A stretch of 56,843 nucleotides of DNA from Octopus bimaculoides (lineage: Eukaryota), in contig NC_068985.1 of NCBI RefSeq assembly GCF_001194135.2, positions 74,191,834-74,248,676 of the forward strand, written 5' to 3'. How positions within the stretch are numbered: position 1 is the stretch's first letter; every line of letters starts with the position of its first letter. The position numbers were made by a program, and so were the translations under genes. A model generated the notes under the pieces. It had not been told where the DNA came from, ran no database searches, and saw nothing but the letters and a program-made list of their open reading frames with translations. Below, piece after piece: positions 1-10,560 of this stretch.

Positions 1-46
<46 letters not shown>
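1..46. repeat. (TA)n(TG)n microsatellite
   Basis: Directly visible dinucleotide runs; probably the internal microsatellite of the SINE that follows. Confidence 0.95.
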
Positions 47-57
<11 letters not shown>

Positions 58-247
58 ATGTATCTTTGCGTGTGTCCCCCACCACCGCTTGATAACCGAT
101 GCTGGTGTGTTTACGTCGCCGTAACTTAGTGATTCGGCAAAAAATACCGAATAAGCACTAGGCTTATAAGTCCTGGGGTTGATATCCTCGACTAAAACGG
201 TGTACCAGCATGGCCGCAGTCAAATGGTTGATACAAGTAAAAGAATA
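47..247 (+). mobile_element. SINE family C, 3' half
   Basis: Matches the reverse complement of 1606-1800 (ggtgtgtttacgtc...gtcctggggt.gat...agcatggccgcagtcaaat...aagtaaaagaata) and ends in an A-rich tail. Confidence 0.85.
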
Positions 248-1440
248 GCAAAGGCAGCCCGGTGTTACCCAGGTGTTATGGCCTACAGTGACATTGTATT
301 ATGTGTTTATATGTACTCAATCTTTTAGTGTAAGCGGAACGTTCGGCACACAGGATGCACTCCGCCGTTGCCCGGGTAGTTGATATCAATAAGAATACGA
401 CCAACTGGTATTGCACTACACGTCTCTGATAAGTAAAACTTGATTTGAAATTGTACTAATCTGTGAACACGGTGTGTATCCTGACCAATGAAGGGACACT
501 CATGTGTGCATGTTTCCTTAATTTCCCTTCGTATAGATGTGCAGTGTCGCTGCTGTCTTCACAGAGATTATCAGGTCAGACATTTGTCTTCCATCTCACC
601 ACCTGCGTTATAGTACATGCTCAACCACTGTGAAAAATAGGGAGACTGTAGTAAAATCCTTACAAACTTTGCGTCTTATGATGTGAAAAATAGGCATGAA
701 GATATGCTAATAACGCTAAGCAACTTTCCATAAATTGGGTTGAATAAAGAGAAAAAATGTTAAAAGGCAAAAAGCTCGGAAGGTTTTAGTCATTATTTCA
801 TGTTTTTACCTCGAACGATTATAAGCTGTTACTGCGCTTAATCCTTGGGGAGATTTTATTGAATTTAAACCTAAGAACGCACGTTTGGCGTTCCTGAGTC
901 ATTTGCTACCAAGAATATCTACATGAACTGATTGTTTTCGGTAGTAATACCAGAAGTGATAACAATTATGCCAAAAACATTGCTCGTTAGTCAATCTTCT
1001 GTTGAATAATAGGGCTTTTTGAAACGAAACGAAAGTACAATACTTCAAAGATATTGTTTAATCATGTAATACTGAAGACGTTCGCATTATTGACGGAAAA
1101 TGTGCCAGTAATTGCTCCAATACAGCATGTTTTTTTGGTCATTTTCCATTGACAAATAGGGTTTTGAGCACCACAAATAAATTCAAAACACTCTCGAACA
1201 TAGCTGCAATTTTTGTCAATTTTTACAATTTTTGACACCGAAAACATTAAAATTGACAACGTAGATTGGAAGAAAATCCAAATGTTGCTCGAAAATGACT
1301 TCAAAATTGTGCGACCCGGCAGCGTTTTCGAGCTTATTTTCGTAAATATGCTTAATACAATAATATTTTGAAACTTATTGTAGTAAAATAGAGTTGTGGT
1401 GCAAAACAACATACATTTGGTATGTATATAAACATACATT
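243..1440 (-). mobile_element. possible degenerate non-autonomous Helitron
   Basis: Reverse-complement Helitron-type 3' hairpins at ~257-272 (cccggtgttacccagg) and ~361-375 (ccgccgttgcccggg). 1290-1345 on minus resembles the subterminal 5' motif of the 23499 Helitron. No clean CTAG or TC terminus. Confidence 0.3.
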
Positions 1441-1441
1441 T

Positions 1442-1479
<38 letters not shown>

Positions 1480-1605
1480 NNNNNNNNNNNNNNNNNNNNN
1501 NNNNNNNNNNNNNNNATGTATGTATGTATGTATGTATACGCTTAAATGTATATATGGTCATGGATGAGCATTCATAGACACGTAACAAACATACGCATAC
1601 AAATA

Positions 1606-1982
1606 CCTTTTTACTTGCTTCAGTCATTTGACTGCGGCGATGCTGGAGCACCGCCTTTAGTCGCACAAATCGACCCCAGGACTTATTCTTTGTAAGCTTA
1701 GTACTTATTCTATCCGTCTTTTTTGCTGAACCGTTAAGTAACGGGAACATATACACACCAAAATCTGTTGTCAAAACGATGTTGCTGGCAAACACAGACA
1801 CACAAATACATTCATAGATATACATACGAAGAGTTTCTTTCAGTTTCCATCTACCAAATCCACTCACAAGGCTTTGGTCGGTCTGCAGCTATAGCAGAAC
1901 ACTTGCCGGAGTGCAATGGCAATGAACCCCGAAGCATCTGATTGAGAGGCAAGTTTCTTATCATTCAACCACTCCTGCGCCT
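1606..1982 (-). mobile_element. SINE family C, full length (tRNA-derived head)
   Basis: Minus strand starts ggcgcaggagtgg (A-box-like) with ggttcattgcc (B-box-like), then body, internal TA/TG stretch and a 3' tail shared with 47-247. Confidence 0.85.
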
Positions 1983-2017
1983 ACACACACACACGCACAC
2001 ACACACACACACACACG

Positions 2018-2057
<40 letters not shown>
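1983..2057. repeat. (CA)n microsatellite with (CG) interruptions
   Basis: Directly visible. Confidence 0.95.
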
Positions 2058-2058
<1 letters not shown>

Positions 2059-2589
2059 TCCAAACTCCGAGTACTATAATGACAACTTTTTACTATTTAT
2101 TCTAAATTATAACATATATAAATGATCTCCTATTTATCTAATATTTAGTTCTGATTCTTCCCGGAGCTAATCAGCAGTAGCATTCCTCCTATTTCTCTGT
2201 ACTGCGTCGTTAGTTTGGCTGTAAATATTAATACCCAGTACTGCTGCTGTATCTCTCATTTAGAAAGATTTAGAAATTAAAATATTTTTATTTTTGAAAA
2301 TCAGTGAATATATATAAATAAAACCTCCTAAGAGATGGTCAACAGCGACCCCTACTGGACTGGTTGCTCCATATTAATAAGGGGAAACTACTTTGAAACC
2401 GGCCTATGAATGCCAAGCCAGCAAGGGAAAGTTGATGACCTCCGCTGTTCGAAGGGGAGATTTGTACGTCATATTGCAGATTTGTAAGCCATATTGCTAC
2501 CTAGAGACAAACGCCTCTCGGAACTAATAAACAGCAGCATTCCCCCTACTTCTCTTTATATATCCTTTAGATAGACTTAGAAATTATAA

Positions 2590-2808
2590 CATACAGACAC
2601 ACACATATAGACTCGTTGCACCAGTCCACTCAGCTGAACGGAAATGAGTAGTACCTGCATTTCAAAGGGCTAGCCTTGTCACATTCAGTGTCACGCTGAA
2701 TCTCCCTGACACGTGTCAGTGGAGTGCTCAGCCACATGCACGTTAATTTAACGAGCAAACTGTTCCGTTGATCATATCTACTGGGACCCTCGTTGTCGTA
2801 ACCGACAG
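2590..2808 (+). mobile_element. SINE family A-related, 3' half (diverged)
   Basis: ttcaaagggctagccttgtcaca...gtggagtgctcagccac.tgcacgttaattt.acgagca..ctgttccgttgatc matches the reverse complement of 31888-32065. Confidence 0.75.
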
Positions 2809-2917
2809 AGTCTTCCTTTTATATATGGATATATATATGCATTTGAAAATATATCTATGTGTATGTATGTTATTCAAAAGAGACAGAGACTTCAAATTCG
2901 ATATATCGATTTATTCA

Positions 2918-3001
2918 CCACTCTATGTTAACATTTCTGTGCCAAACTTATCCAGTGACTGGTCCATTGGATTTAGACATTTGGCACTTCTTCAGGAGTG
3001 G
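2918..3001 (-). ncRNA. type I hammerhead ribozyme (canonical core)
   Basis: Minus: CCACTC-CTGAAGA-A-GTGCCAAA-[33 nt]-TTTGGCAC-A-GAAATGTTAACATA/GAGTGG. Stem I is 6 bp, stem II 8 bp, stem III the palindrome ATGTTAACAT. Predicted AUA cleavage between 2924 and 2923. Confidence 0.85.
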
Positions 3002-3493
3002 TTACCATTCGAACAAAACACGAAAAAACACATACATAACTATCATTAAATCCTTAGAATCTCGTTAGATTTCATCTTTGTTATTATAGGTAAGTTCTTA
3101 TGCTATATTGGTAACGGTTGCTACATCCCCTGGAAAATTATNNNNNNNNNNNNNNNNNNNNNNNNNNNNNNNNNNNNNNNNNNNNNNNNNNNNNNNNNNN
3201 NNNNNNNNNNNNNNNNNNNNNNNNNNNNNNNNNNNNNNNNNNNNNNNNNNNNNNNNNNNNNNNNNNNNNNNNNNNNNNNNNNNNNNNNNNNNNNNNNNNN
3301 NNNNNNNNNNNNNNNNNNNNNNNNNNNNNNNNNNNNNNNNNNNNNNNNNNNNNNNNNNNNNNNNNNNNNNNNNNNNNNNNNNNNNNNNNNNNNNNNNNNN
3401 NNNNNNNNNNNNNNNNCTCAGCCTCCCTTTTTCCCCTCACCTACCACCCCACTATCCTACCTCTCCAACACCACCCTCCTTACCGGCACCTAG

Positions 3494-3831
3494 CATCGAC
3501 CCTATTGCATCACCGACTCCTTCTCCTGCACTTCTACCAATATCATCTATTGCATCTCCTGCTCTCTCTGCCATTCTCTATACTTCGGACACACGGGACG
3601 CCACTTGGTTGACCGGTTCGGGGAACACCTCCGAGACATCCACCTTGACAACGACACCCTGGTGTCATGCCATTTCCGCACTACCGTCACTCTTTGCAAC
3701 ACCTGTCCGTGTTCGGATTGTCCTTGCATCGGGGCCATACGGACTCCCGTTTGCACCGTGAACAGGGATTAATCTTCTCTCTTCGTTCCTTTGCGCCACG
3801 TGAGCTCAACTCTCCTGCCCTCTTCATCTAA
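3494..3831 (+). pseudogene. GIY-YIG endonuclease domain of a PLE (frame absent from ORF track)
   Basis: Frame through 3521 reads FSCTSTNIIYCISCSLCHSLYFGHTGRHLVDRFGEHLRDIHLDNDTLVSCHF, then one frameshift near 3685, then HSLQHLSVFGLSLHRGHTDSRLHREQGLIFSLRSFAPRELNS, TAA 3829-3831. Upstream in-frame TAG at 3491. Confidence 0.85.
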
Positions 3832-3834
3832 CCT

Positions 3835-4465
3835 CCTCCTCTTGCCTCTCACTTGCCCCTCTTGCCTCTATATTGCCTCTCTTGCCTCTATATTGCCTCT
3901 CTTGCCTCTCTGCCTCTCTACCACTCTCCCTCCCCTACTTCCTCCCACCCACCTCTCCTTTCTTGTTCCGACTGCTACTTCTCTTTAATGTTCTTCACTC
4001 CTACTTTTCTTCACCCCTACTCTCTTACTCTCTTGTCTCTTACTCTCTTCTCTCTTACTCTCTTTCTCTCTTCACTCATACTCACCTTCCCCTTCCCCCT
4101 TCATCTTCAACCCTCCGTCATAAGCCCAACCCAACCCTAGAAACTCCTACCCCACCTTCCCATTCCTTCCCACCCAATCCCACACCATACCACCCATCGC
4201 ATCCTTTACACTCTACACTCTACCTACCCATATACACCACCTCTACCCCCACCCTCTACCTACCCACATACACCACCTCTACCCCCACCCTCTACCTACC
4301 CACATACCCCACCTACCCCAACCTCGGCCTACCCACATACCCCNNNNNNNNNNCTACCTACCCATATACACCACCTCTACCCCCACCCTCTACCTACCCA
4401 CATACCCCACCTACCCCAACCTCGGCCTACCCACATACCCCACCTCTACCCGCTCCCTCAGCCTA
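3835..4465 (+). repeat. C/T-rich low-complexity tract and minisatellites (~21-bp cttgcctctatattgcctct unit; ~35-bp ctctacctacccatatacaccacctctacccccac unit)
   Basis: Tandem units visible at 3835-3920 and 4218-4460; source of the Pro/Leu/Ser-rich spurious ORFs. Confidence 0.85.
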
Positions 4466-4794
4466 ACCACCACACCACCCGTGCTTTCCCCACTCTCACC
4501 TCACCCACCTCCCAACACCATCACACCATACCACGCTACACCATACCACACAACACATCACATCACAACACACCACCACGCACACACCAGCACTGACCAA
4601 TTGCCATCCCCACATTTCCACACCTACATACACACATGCTTATGTGAAGATCACCAGCATTTTCTTACACACACGCACCTTCGTTTTGGGATCACTACAA
4701 CTTTGTTATCTCCCCTTCTTCTGTCCGTCATTGGCTGTGATAGATCGCTGACCACTACACACATTTTTTTCTCTCCTTGTTTCTTTCTGTGTTC

Positions 4795-4830
4795 CTTTCT
4801 GTGAAAGAGCGTAGGCTCGAAACGTTAAAG
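4795..4830 (+). ncRNA. minimal hammerhead-like motif in PLE pseudo-LTR (variant core)
   Basis: CTTT-CTGTGAA-A-GAGC-gtag-GCTC-GAAACGTT/AAAG. Stem I is 4 bp, stem II 4 bp, palindromic ACGT stem III. Core deviates from CUGANGA. Confidence 0.6.
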
Positions 4831-5189
4831 ACTTTTTAATTCCCGAGCGTTATACTAATACATCTATTTGTTTTCCATACATAGGGACAATTTATTTTCT
4901 TATAAGAAACAGTTTATAAGAACGTTTTTTTATTTAACAGGCTCTATATAGTTTCAATTGTTTTGAATACACATTGCAATACGTTTACCCCACTCATTGT
5001 GAACTCGTAATAGGACATCTGTTGTTGATACTTAGTGAATTTTAAATCACTCTGTATATAAGTATTATTAATAAGGTAAGAAAATGTAAATTTGGGGATG
5101 TATAGATAAGTTATTTGCGTCAGAGTTTGAAGTTAAAATTTAAACACGAATAAATTTTTAAAAGTGCAAAAGAAATTAAAAAACAAAAA

Positions 5190-5312
5190 AAACCTCCATA
5201 TGTGTCGGTTCTTGAGCCTTTGTAATGAATACTTCGAAGCATTTGGGTAAATTCCAATGCTAAGGATTAGTTATCGTTTTAAACTGTAAGAGGTAGAATT
5301 TCTTGAGGGTTT
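5190..5312 (-). ncRNA. degenerate long-stem-II hammerhead, family B copy 1
   Basis: Minus: AAACC-CTCAAGA-AATTCT...AGAACC-GACAC-ATAT-GGA-GGTTT. Stem I is intact; the core is mutated and likely inactive. Confidence 0.5.
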
Positions 5313-6267
5313 TTGTTTTGCTTGCCTTTTATCAAGCAACTGTTACCTATTTCTTGAAGGGATTCAAATCAGAAACTATGGAAGATTAAAAAGTTATATC
5401 TTGCATATTGCGTGTATTTGCAAACGTTATAATTCAAGTAAAATGAATAAAGATAAAAAATAAAATTTTAAATATATAAATAATAAAAAATAATGATATA
5501 TCAGTAAGGGAAATAATTACGTAATAAAAATTTAAATAAATTTCTAAAAATAGATACAAAATAAAGAATAATAAACTGTTGTAACTGTATAATTTCTATT
5601 GGCTTACTAATACACCCCTTGATGGTCGAATCATATCAAATCAAAATTAAATCGTTTATATCTAGCCGTTAAGGGGTATATCTATCAAGTTAATATATCT
5701 ATAAACATAGATTTCTATACAATTAGATGTATTTCCCTCTCTCTATATATAGTTGTATATAATTCTAGATCAGTTCAAAAGAGGTAAAAGAAGGGAATAA
5801 AAAGAATAAAATAAAATAAAGATAAAATAATGATCTATATTTTATAAGATAATAGAAAAAAAACGTAGAATTCATAACTTATATATCACATTTTTATATA
5901 CCGAAAAATTGCATATTATGTTTCTTTTCTTCTAGATATGTATTATGTGAATTACGTCAGTGAATCATGTTTACTTATCTTATAATTTCGTAAGTTCGAT
6001 CAAATATCTATTTGAAGTTTAATAATAAACATAAATTAATTTTTTATAAATGTTAAAGGTTATAATATTAAACTTATAAACTCCGTCTATTTTGTAATAC
6101 AACTCGATAAAATTAAATAAAATAAATTAATCTTACACACACACACACACACTCACGCACACACACACACAGATATATATATATATATATATATATATAN
6201 NNNNNNNNNNNNNNNNNNNNNNNNNNNNNNNNNNNNNNNNNNNNNNNNNNNNNNNNATATTATGTTT

Positions 6268-6512
6268 GTGGAGGCGCAATGGCCCATTGGTTAGGGCAGC
6301 GGACTCGCGGTTTCGATTCCCAGACCGGGCGTTGTGAGTGTTTATTGAGCGAAAACACCTAAAGCTCCACGAGGCTCCGGCAGGGGATGGTGGCGAACCC
6401 TGCTGTACTCTTTCACCATAACTTTCTCTCACTCTTACTTCTTGTTTCTGTTGTATCTGTAATTCAAAGGGTCAGCCTTGTCACGCTGAATATCCCCGAG
6501 AACTACGTTAAG
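6268..6512 (+). mobile_element. SINE family A, 5' portion with internal deletions
   Basis: gtggaggcgcaatggccca.tggttaggg...gtttcgattcccagaccgggcg is the reverse complement of 32000-32268; inserted in the PLE ORF. Confidence 0.9.
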
Positions 6513-6699
6513 GGGATATATGTAATATATCAATGTTTACATCTTTATTATCGTTATATGGATATGTATTAGTATTTTGACCTGTTTTATCTATGTTTAT
6601 TACTCTGCTTCACTTTAGGTTATTCTTATTCACTATGTTTCTACTGTGTATGCTGTTATCTGTTTCTTCTTTAATTGTATTATTTTTAAAAAATCTTAG

Positions 6700-8400
6700 T
6701 CGTTATCTTCGGTTTCGTCGTATTATTATATGTTCCTAACTCTTGATCTATAATCATATTATTAACAATATGTCTATTACATTTAATTTTCTGTTTATAT
6801 TCTGCTTTTTCCAATGCAATGTTGTAAAAATCTCCTCATTATATAAGAAGGAATTAATTCTTTTTCTACATTTTTAACCAAACAATCGCAGTTGACTTTA
6901 CATGATTACTTTTAATATTAATATAAGTTATTTTAGAATTCGGTTTATGGTAACGTGCATGTATTCCTGTTTTTAGATTAAAATTTACATCTAAAATGTT
7001 TACAGAATTATGCACCGTTTCTATTGAAATATATAGTCCAAATCCAATGAGGAACTGATGCAATATTTGCTATATATAACTCAACTCTTCTGTTAAGGGA
7101 TTTGTTTAATGAAAAACAGTGCATCATCCCTATATAAACCACTCCCTCCCTATGTGTGGAAATTCACAATTAAACTTATGTAAAATGTATATTACCGCAA
7201 GATCCGTCACGTGAATGGAATCTGTCCGAGCTCATAGCGATATCGAAAGAGTCAAGTTCGTCTTTTCTCACCCATAATTTATTATAGATTTTCGGACTGT
7301 TAATATAACTTATATTACTTTCAGAGTCATTTTTGTGTTATTCTTAGCAAATATAAGTGCACTATTAAGAACTGTTGTGTCAACAGATGAGTAATAATCA
7401 TTAATGTCTACCTGCAAGAAGTTATATTTATCTTTGTTATAAATGTTGTTGAACCTCTAACTGCATCTTGTGTATTTGATAATAGTTCCAATTTAATTTA
7501 ATTAATCAGTTCACCTATATGTTTGTCCATAATAAATTTGATCAATTTGCCTACGTCTGATTTAGCTGATCAAATGAATCTCACTTTAGATACTAATCTT
7601 CAATTCATAATGCAAAATTTTTATGAGAATCGTTTTGTGTAATATTTCTCCAAGAAAGAGCACAAATAATATATCTGGCAGGAGGGAATGTAAAATTTAT
7701 AGTTTAGACTGTCAAGGGGAAACAACCGCAAATAACCACACTTTTAGTTATTCTTAGGATAATATGAATAAATTCTGCGATTGTAAGGTTAAAGAAAATG
7801 CAAATTAAATCTTCGTGGTTCATTAAAGATATTCTTGGTCTTAATGGTCCTATCGTCTATAGCGTATTCTTTCATTACTCTTTCAGATTCTAGATTGTAG
7901 AACTCAGTATATTTTTGTGAACTATCTTATATATTCCAGTATTTCTTTCTGAAGAAGTTCGTGATATAAATCAATATTTAAATTATAAATATTTCCAGTC
8001 CTGTCCGAGTGAACTAAGATACCTTATTTCGGTTTTAAATCCGAGATTACGAACCTTAATTTCTTCAAATATTCATTCCTAACTGGGTACTTCACAAGTT
8101 TTATGTTCCTTAATATAATCACATATATCATCCTAAAAGGCATCCAAATGTCTGTTAGGTGGTGGATATCTTGTTTTTAAATTATTCTTTATTTATTCTG
8201 TTTCCATGTTTCTGTATTCATTTTTTCCATTGTTTTCTTCTTGTCTCTTATCGAAATTGTATGACTTCCATCTTAAACTTTTTAATGAAATCTTTAGATT
8301 TATCTATTTGTTTCTTCTTGGTCGGTATGGGAATGTCATTTAATGATACATCCAACTTAATTCTCTCCAAATTTCCAGTGGATTCTTCCAGTTAATTTTT
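6700..8400 (-). pseudogene. Penelope-type reverse transcriptase (many stops and frameshifts)
   Basis: Minus-strand motifs in order: SLNDIPIPTKK, VHSDRTGNIY, SAKSDVGKLIK, KYNFLQVDINDYYSSV, LWVRKDELDSFDIAMSS, GLYRDDAL (7117-7140), VNILDVNFNLKTG, KPNSKITYINIKSNH, ALEKAEYKQKI. Confidence 0.85.
7585..7810 (+). repeat. inverted-orientation insert homologous to 9423-9654, interrupting the RT
   Basis: Near-identical to 9423-9654 by eye; separates ISLMNHED from KVRFI*SAKSDVGK, which are nearly adjacent in this RT family. Confidence 0.8.
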
Positions 8401-8612
8401 ATATATTATATAAGTGAATATAATAAAAATCTGGAAGGTTTGGAGGTGATGTACAGGAATCATATTATAGCAAGCAATTAAGGTACTCAGAAATCTGGAT
8501 GGTTGTACATTTACAGATTTTTATTAATATGTCACATGTTTTAAAAATCATATAAAGCGCTTTTCACCTGATCGTGTAGGATTTTCAAATTGTTTGATTT
8601 CAGCTTCCGATG

Positions 8613-8659
<47 letters not shown>

Positions 8660-8868
8660 CATACACACACACACACACACACACGCACACATATATACAA
8701 TTTTCCCTCCTTAGGGATTAATAAGTCCAAAATTGGGATTATTATAATAAATATTACAAATAAGGTAAGAAAAGGAAGAGTTGGTGATGTAGAGTTAATT
8801 TATTTGTATCACAGTTGGAAGTTGTAATTTAAATACAAATAAATTGTGAAAACTACAAAAGAAACTAA

Positions 8869-8990
8869 TAGCCGACATATGTTTCGATTCTAGTCCCTAA
8901 GTAATCTAGAGTTCGAAGCATCTTGGCTAAATCCAATGTTAAAAATTTGTTATCATTTTAAACTGCATAGGGCAGAATCTGTTCATGATT
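8869..8990 (-). ncRNA. long-stem-II hammerhead, family B copy 2
   Basis: Minus: core ATGAACA (mutated CTGAAGA)-GATTCT-[~82 nt]-AGAATC-GAAAC-ATAT-GTC/GGCTA. Stem II is a perfect 6 bp; palindromic ACATATGT stem III. Confidence 0.6.
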
Positions 8991-9081
8991 TTCCTTTTAT
9001 AAAATGAAGGTTATATATATCACTTGAAGGGACTCAAATCAGAAACGAAAGAAGTTTAAAAGTTTTATCTTGCATATTGTT

Positions 9082-9084
<3 letters not shown>

Positions 9085-9155
<71 letters not shown>

Positions 9156-9160
9156 TGTGT
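9085..9160. repeat. (TG)n microsatellite inside pseudo-LTR
   Basis: Directly visible; absent at the homologous position of the 5069-5530 copy. Confidence 0.95.
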
Positions 9161-9399
9161 GTGTATGTCTCTCTGCGTGTGCGTGGGTGTGTATTTGCAA
9201 AGGTTATAATTCAAGTAAGTAAAAACTAAAGGGAAACTAAAAATAAATTTAGTAATATATAAATAATAAAGATAATGATATATCTGTAAGGGAAATAACT
9301 ATCTAATAATAAAAATCAGAACCAATTAAAAATATAAATACAGATACTTCACTTCTAATAAATACAGTGATAATGCTAAAAATACATTTATAAAATTTT

Positions 9400-10040
9400 A
9401 ATGTTCGACGAGTAAGAATTTATTTAGATACTAATCTTCAATTCATAATGCAAAATCAGATCATTTTTATGAGAATCATTTAGATTAATATTTCTCCAAG
9501 AAAGAGCACAAATAATATATCCGGTAGGAGTGAATGTAAAAATTATAGTTTTTACTGTCAAGGGGAAACAACCTCAAATAACCACACTAAGTTTTTCTAA
9601 GGATAATATGAATAAATTCTGCGATTGTAAGGTAAAAGAAAATACAAATTAAATTATTATTGCAAACGCAAGAATCTGGTATACCAAGCTATCGTGAAAG
9701 CAAAAAAGAAAAATCACTTCTACGTTGGATTGACAGAATGTTTTTTTAAAAACTAGAACTGCTTATCTTGAGAATTCTTTTATAAATCGCCTAAAACGCA
9801 ATAGCACAAGCCTTAGAAAATTCATTTGGAGATTAAAGGATAGCCATATTAGTTTTAAGATTAGATGGAATATTTTAAGCTTTTCAAAAATCTTATCGGC
9901 CGTTAGATAGATTCTGGTACCTTTGAGTAAATGAATGCCACCATGTTTTATTTTCTGAATACCAATTATTAAATAAGAGGACTGAAAAAGTATCGGCCTC
10001 CTTACATGCACCTAAATGTCTATTTTCCAAATATCATTGA
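9400..10040 (+). pseudogene. Naiad-like PLE C-terminus: linker, Cys motif and GIY-YIG endonuclease
   Basis: Plus frames (frameshifts in A-runs): KFCDCKVKE...CKRKNLVYQAIVKAKKKNHFYVGLTECFFK/TRTAYLENSFINRLKRNSTSLRKFIWRLKDSHISFKIRWNILSFS/KSYRPLDRFWYL*VNECHHVLFSEYQLLNKRTEKVSASLHAPKCLFSKYH*. Confidence 0.85.
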
Positions 10041-10082
10041 CGATTCCTTAATTCGTATTTTTAAATAGTTGATTAAATGTGT

Positions 10083-10240
10083 TTTCTGAGAATCATAAAA
10101 TATTTCGTTAATATTATTATTTATTAGAAGAGTGGGTATATTGGTAAATATCTGATTTGGATATGTTCTCTAAGAATCATTAAATATTATTTTAGTTTTA
10201 TTATTAATTAGAAGACTAGATATATTGTTAAATATCGGAT
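10083..10240 (+). repeat. two ~80-bp tandem units in the PLE 3' region
   Basis: agaatcat.aaatatt...attagaaga...tatatt.gtaaatatc.gatt occurs twice (10083-10158, 10166-10240). Confidence 0.65.
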
Positions 10241-10560
10241 TATGTAAATATTAATATATTAATCTATCATAGATGTCACGTTGTAATATATTTAATTCTT
10301 AGAAATATATACGTATAAATACCTGTATATATATATANNNNNNNNNNNNNNNNNNNNNNNNNNNNNNNNNNNNNNNNNNNNNNNNNNNNNNNNNNNNNNN
10401 NNNNNNNNNNNNNNNNNNNNNNNNNNNNNNNNNNNNNNNNNNNNNNNNNNNNNNNNNNNNNNNNNNNNNNNNNNNNNNNNNNNNNNNNNNNNNNNNNNNN
10501 NNNNNNNNNNNNNNNNNNNNNNNNNNNNNNNNNNNNNNNNNNNNNNNNNNNNNNNNNNNN

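Larger units (their letters stand above)
3417..4880 (+). mobile_element. Penelope-like element 3' end (Neptune-like): GIY-YIG endonuclease, low-complexity region and pseudo-LTR
   Basis: Endonuclease remnant followed by a pyrimidine-rich/minisatellite tract and a pseudo-LTR (gagcgtaggctcgaaacgtt...gagcgttatactaataca) that recurs at 48455-48595. The 5' part is lost in the gap. Confidence 0.85.
5069..9310 (-). mobile_element. Naiad-like Penelope element: pseudo-LTR, ORF remnant, pseudo-LTR
   Basis: 5069-5530 and 8758-9310 are direct repeats bracketing a minus-strand PLE RT. Interrupted by a SINE (6268-6512), microsatellites, a gap and an inverted 226-bp insert. Confidence 0.8.

Noticed and set aside
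1071-1115. CTGAAGA...GAAA hammerhead-like spacing
   Set aside because: Stem II is only 4 weak pairs, and no compatible stem I or III was found.
3791-4804. Pro/Thr/Leu-rich ORFs resembling mucin or extensin
   Set aside because: Produced by C/T-rich minisatellites in the PLE 3' region; all three frames are similarly open.
6268-6330. tRNA-like sequences (also at the heads of SINEs at 1982, 32268, 41675, 43761, 51441)
   Set aside because: They are SINE heads continuous with repeat bodies and tails; no complete cloverleaf.
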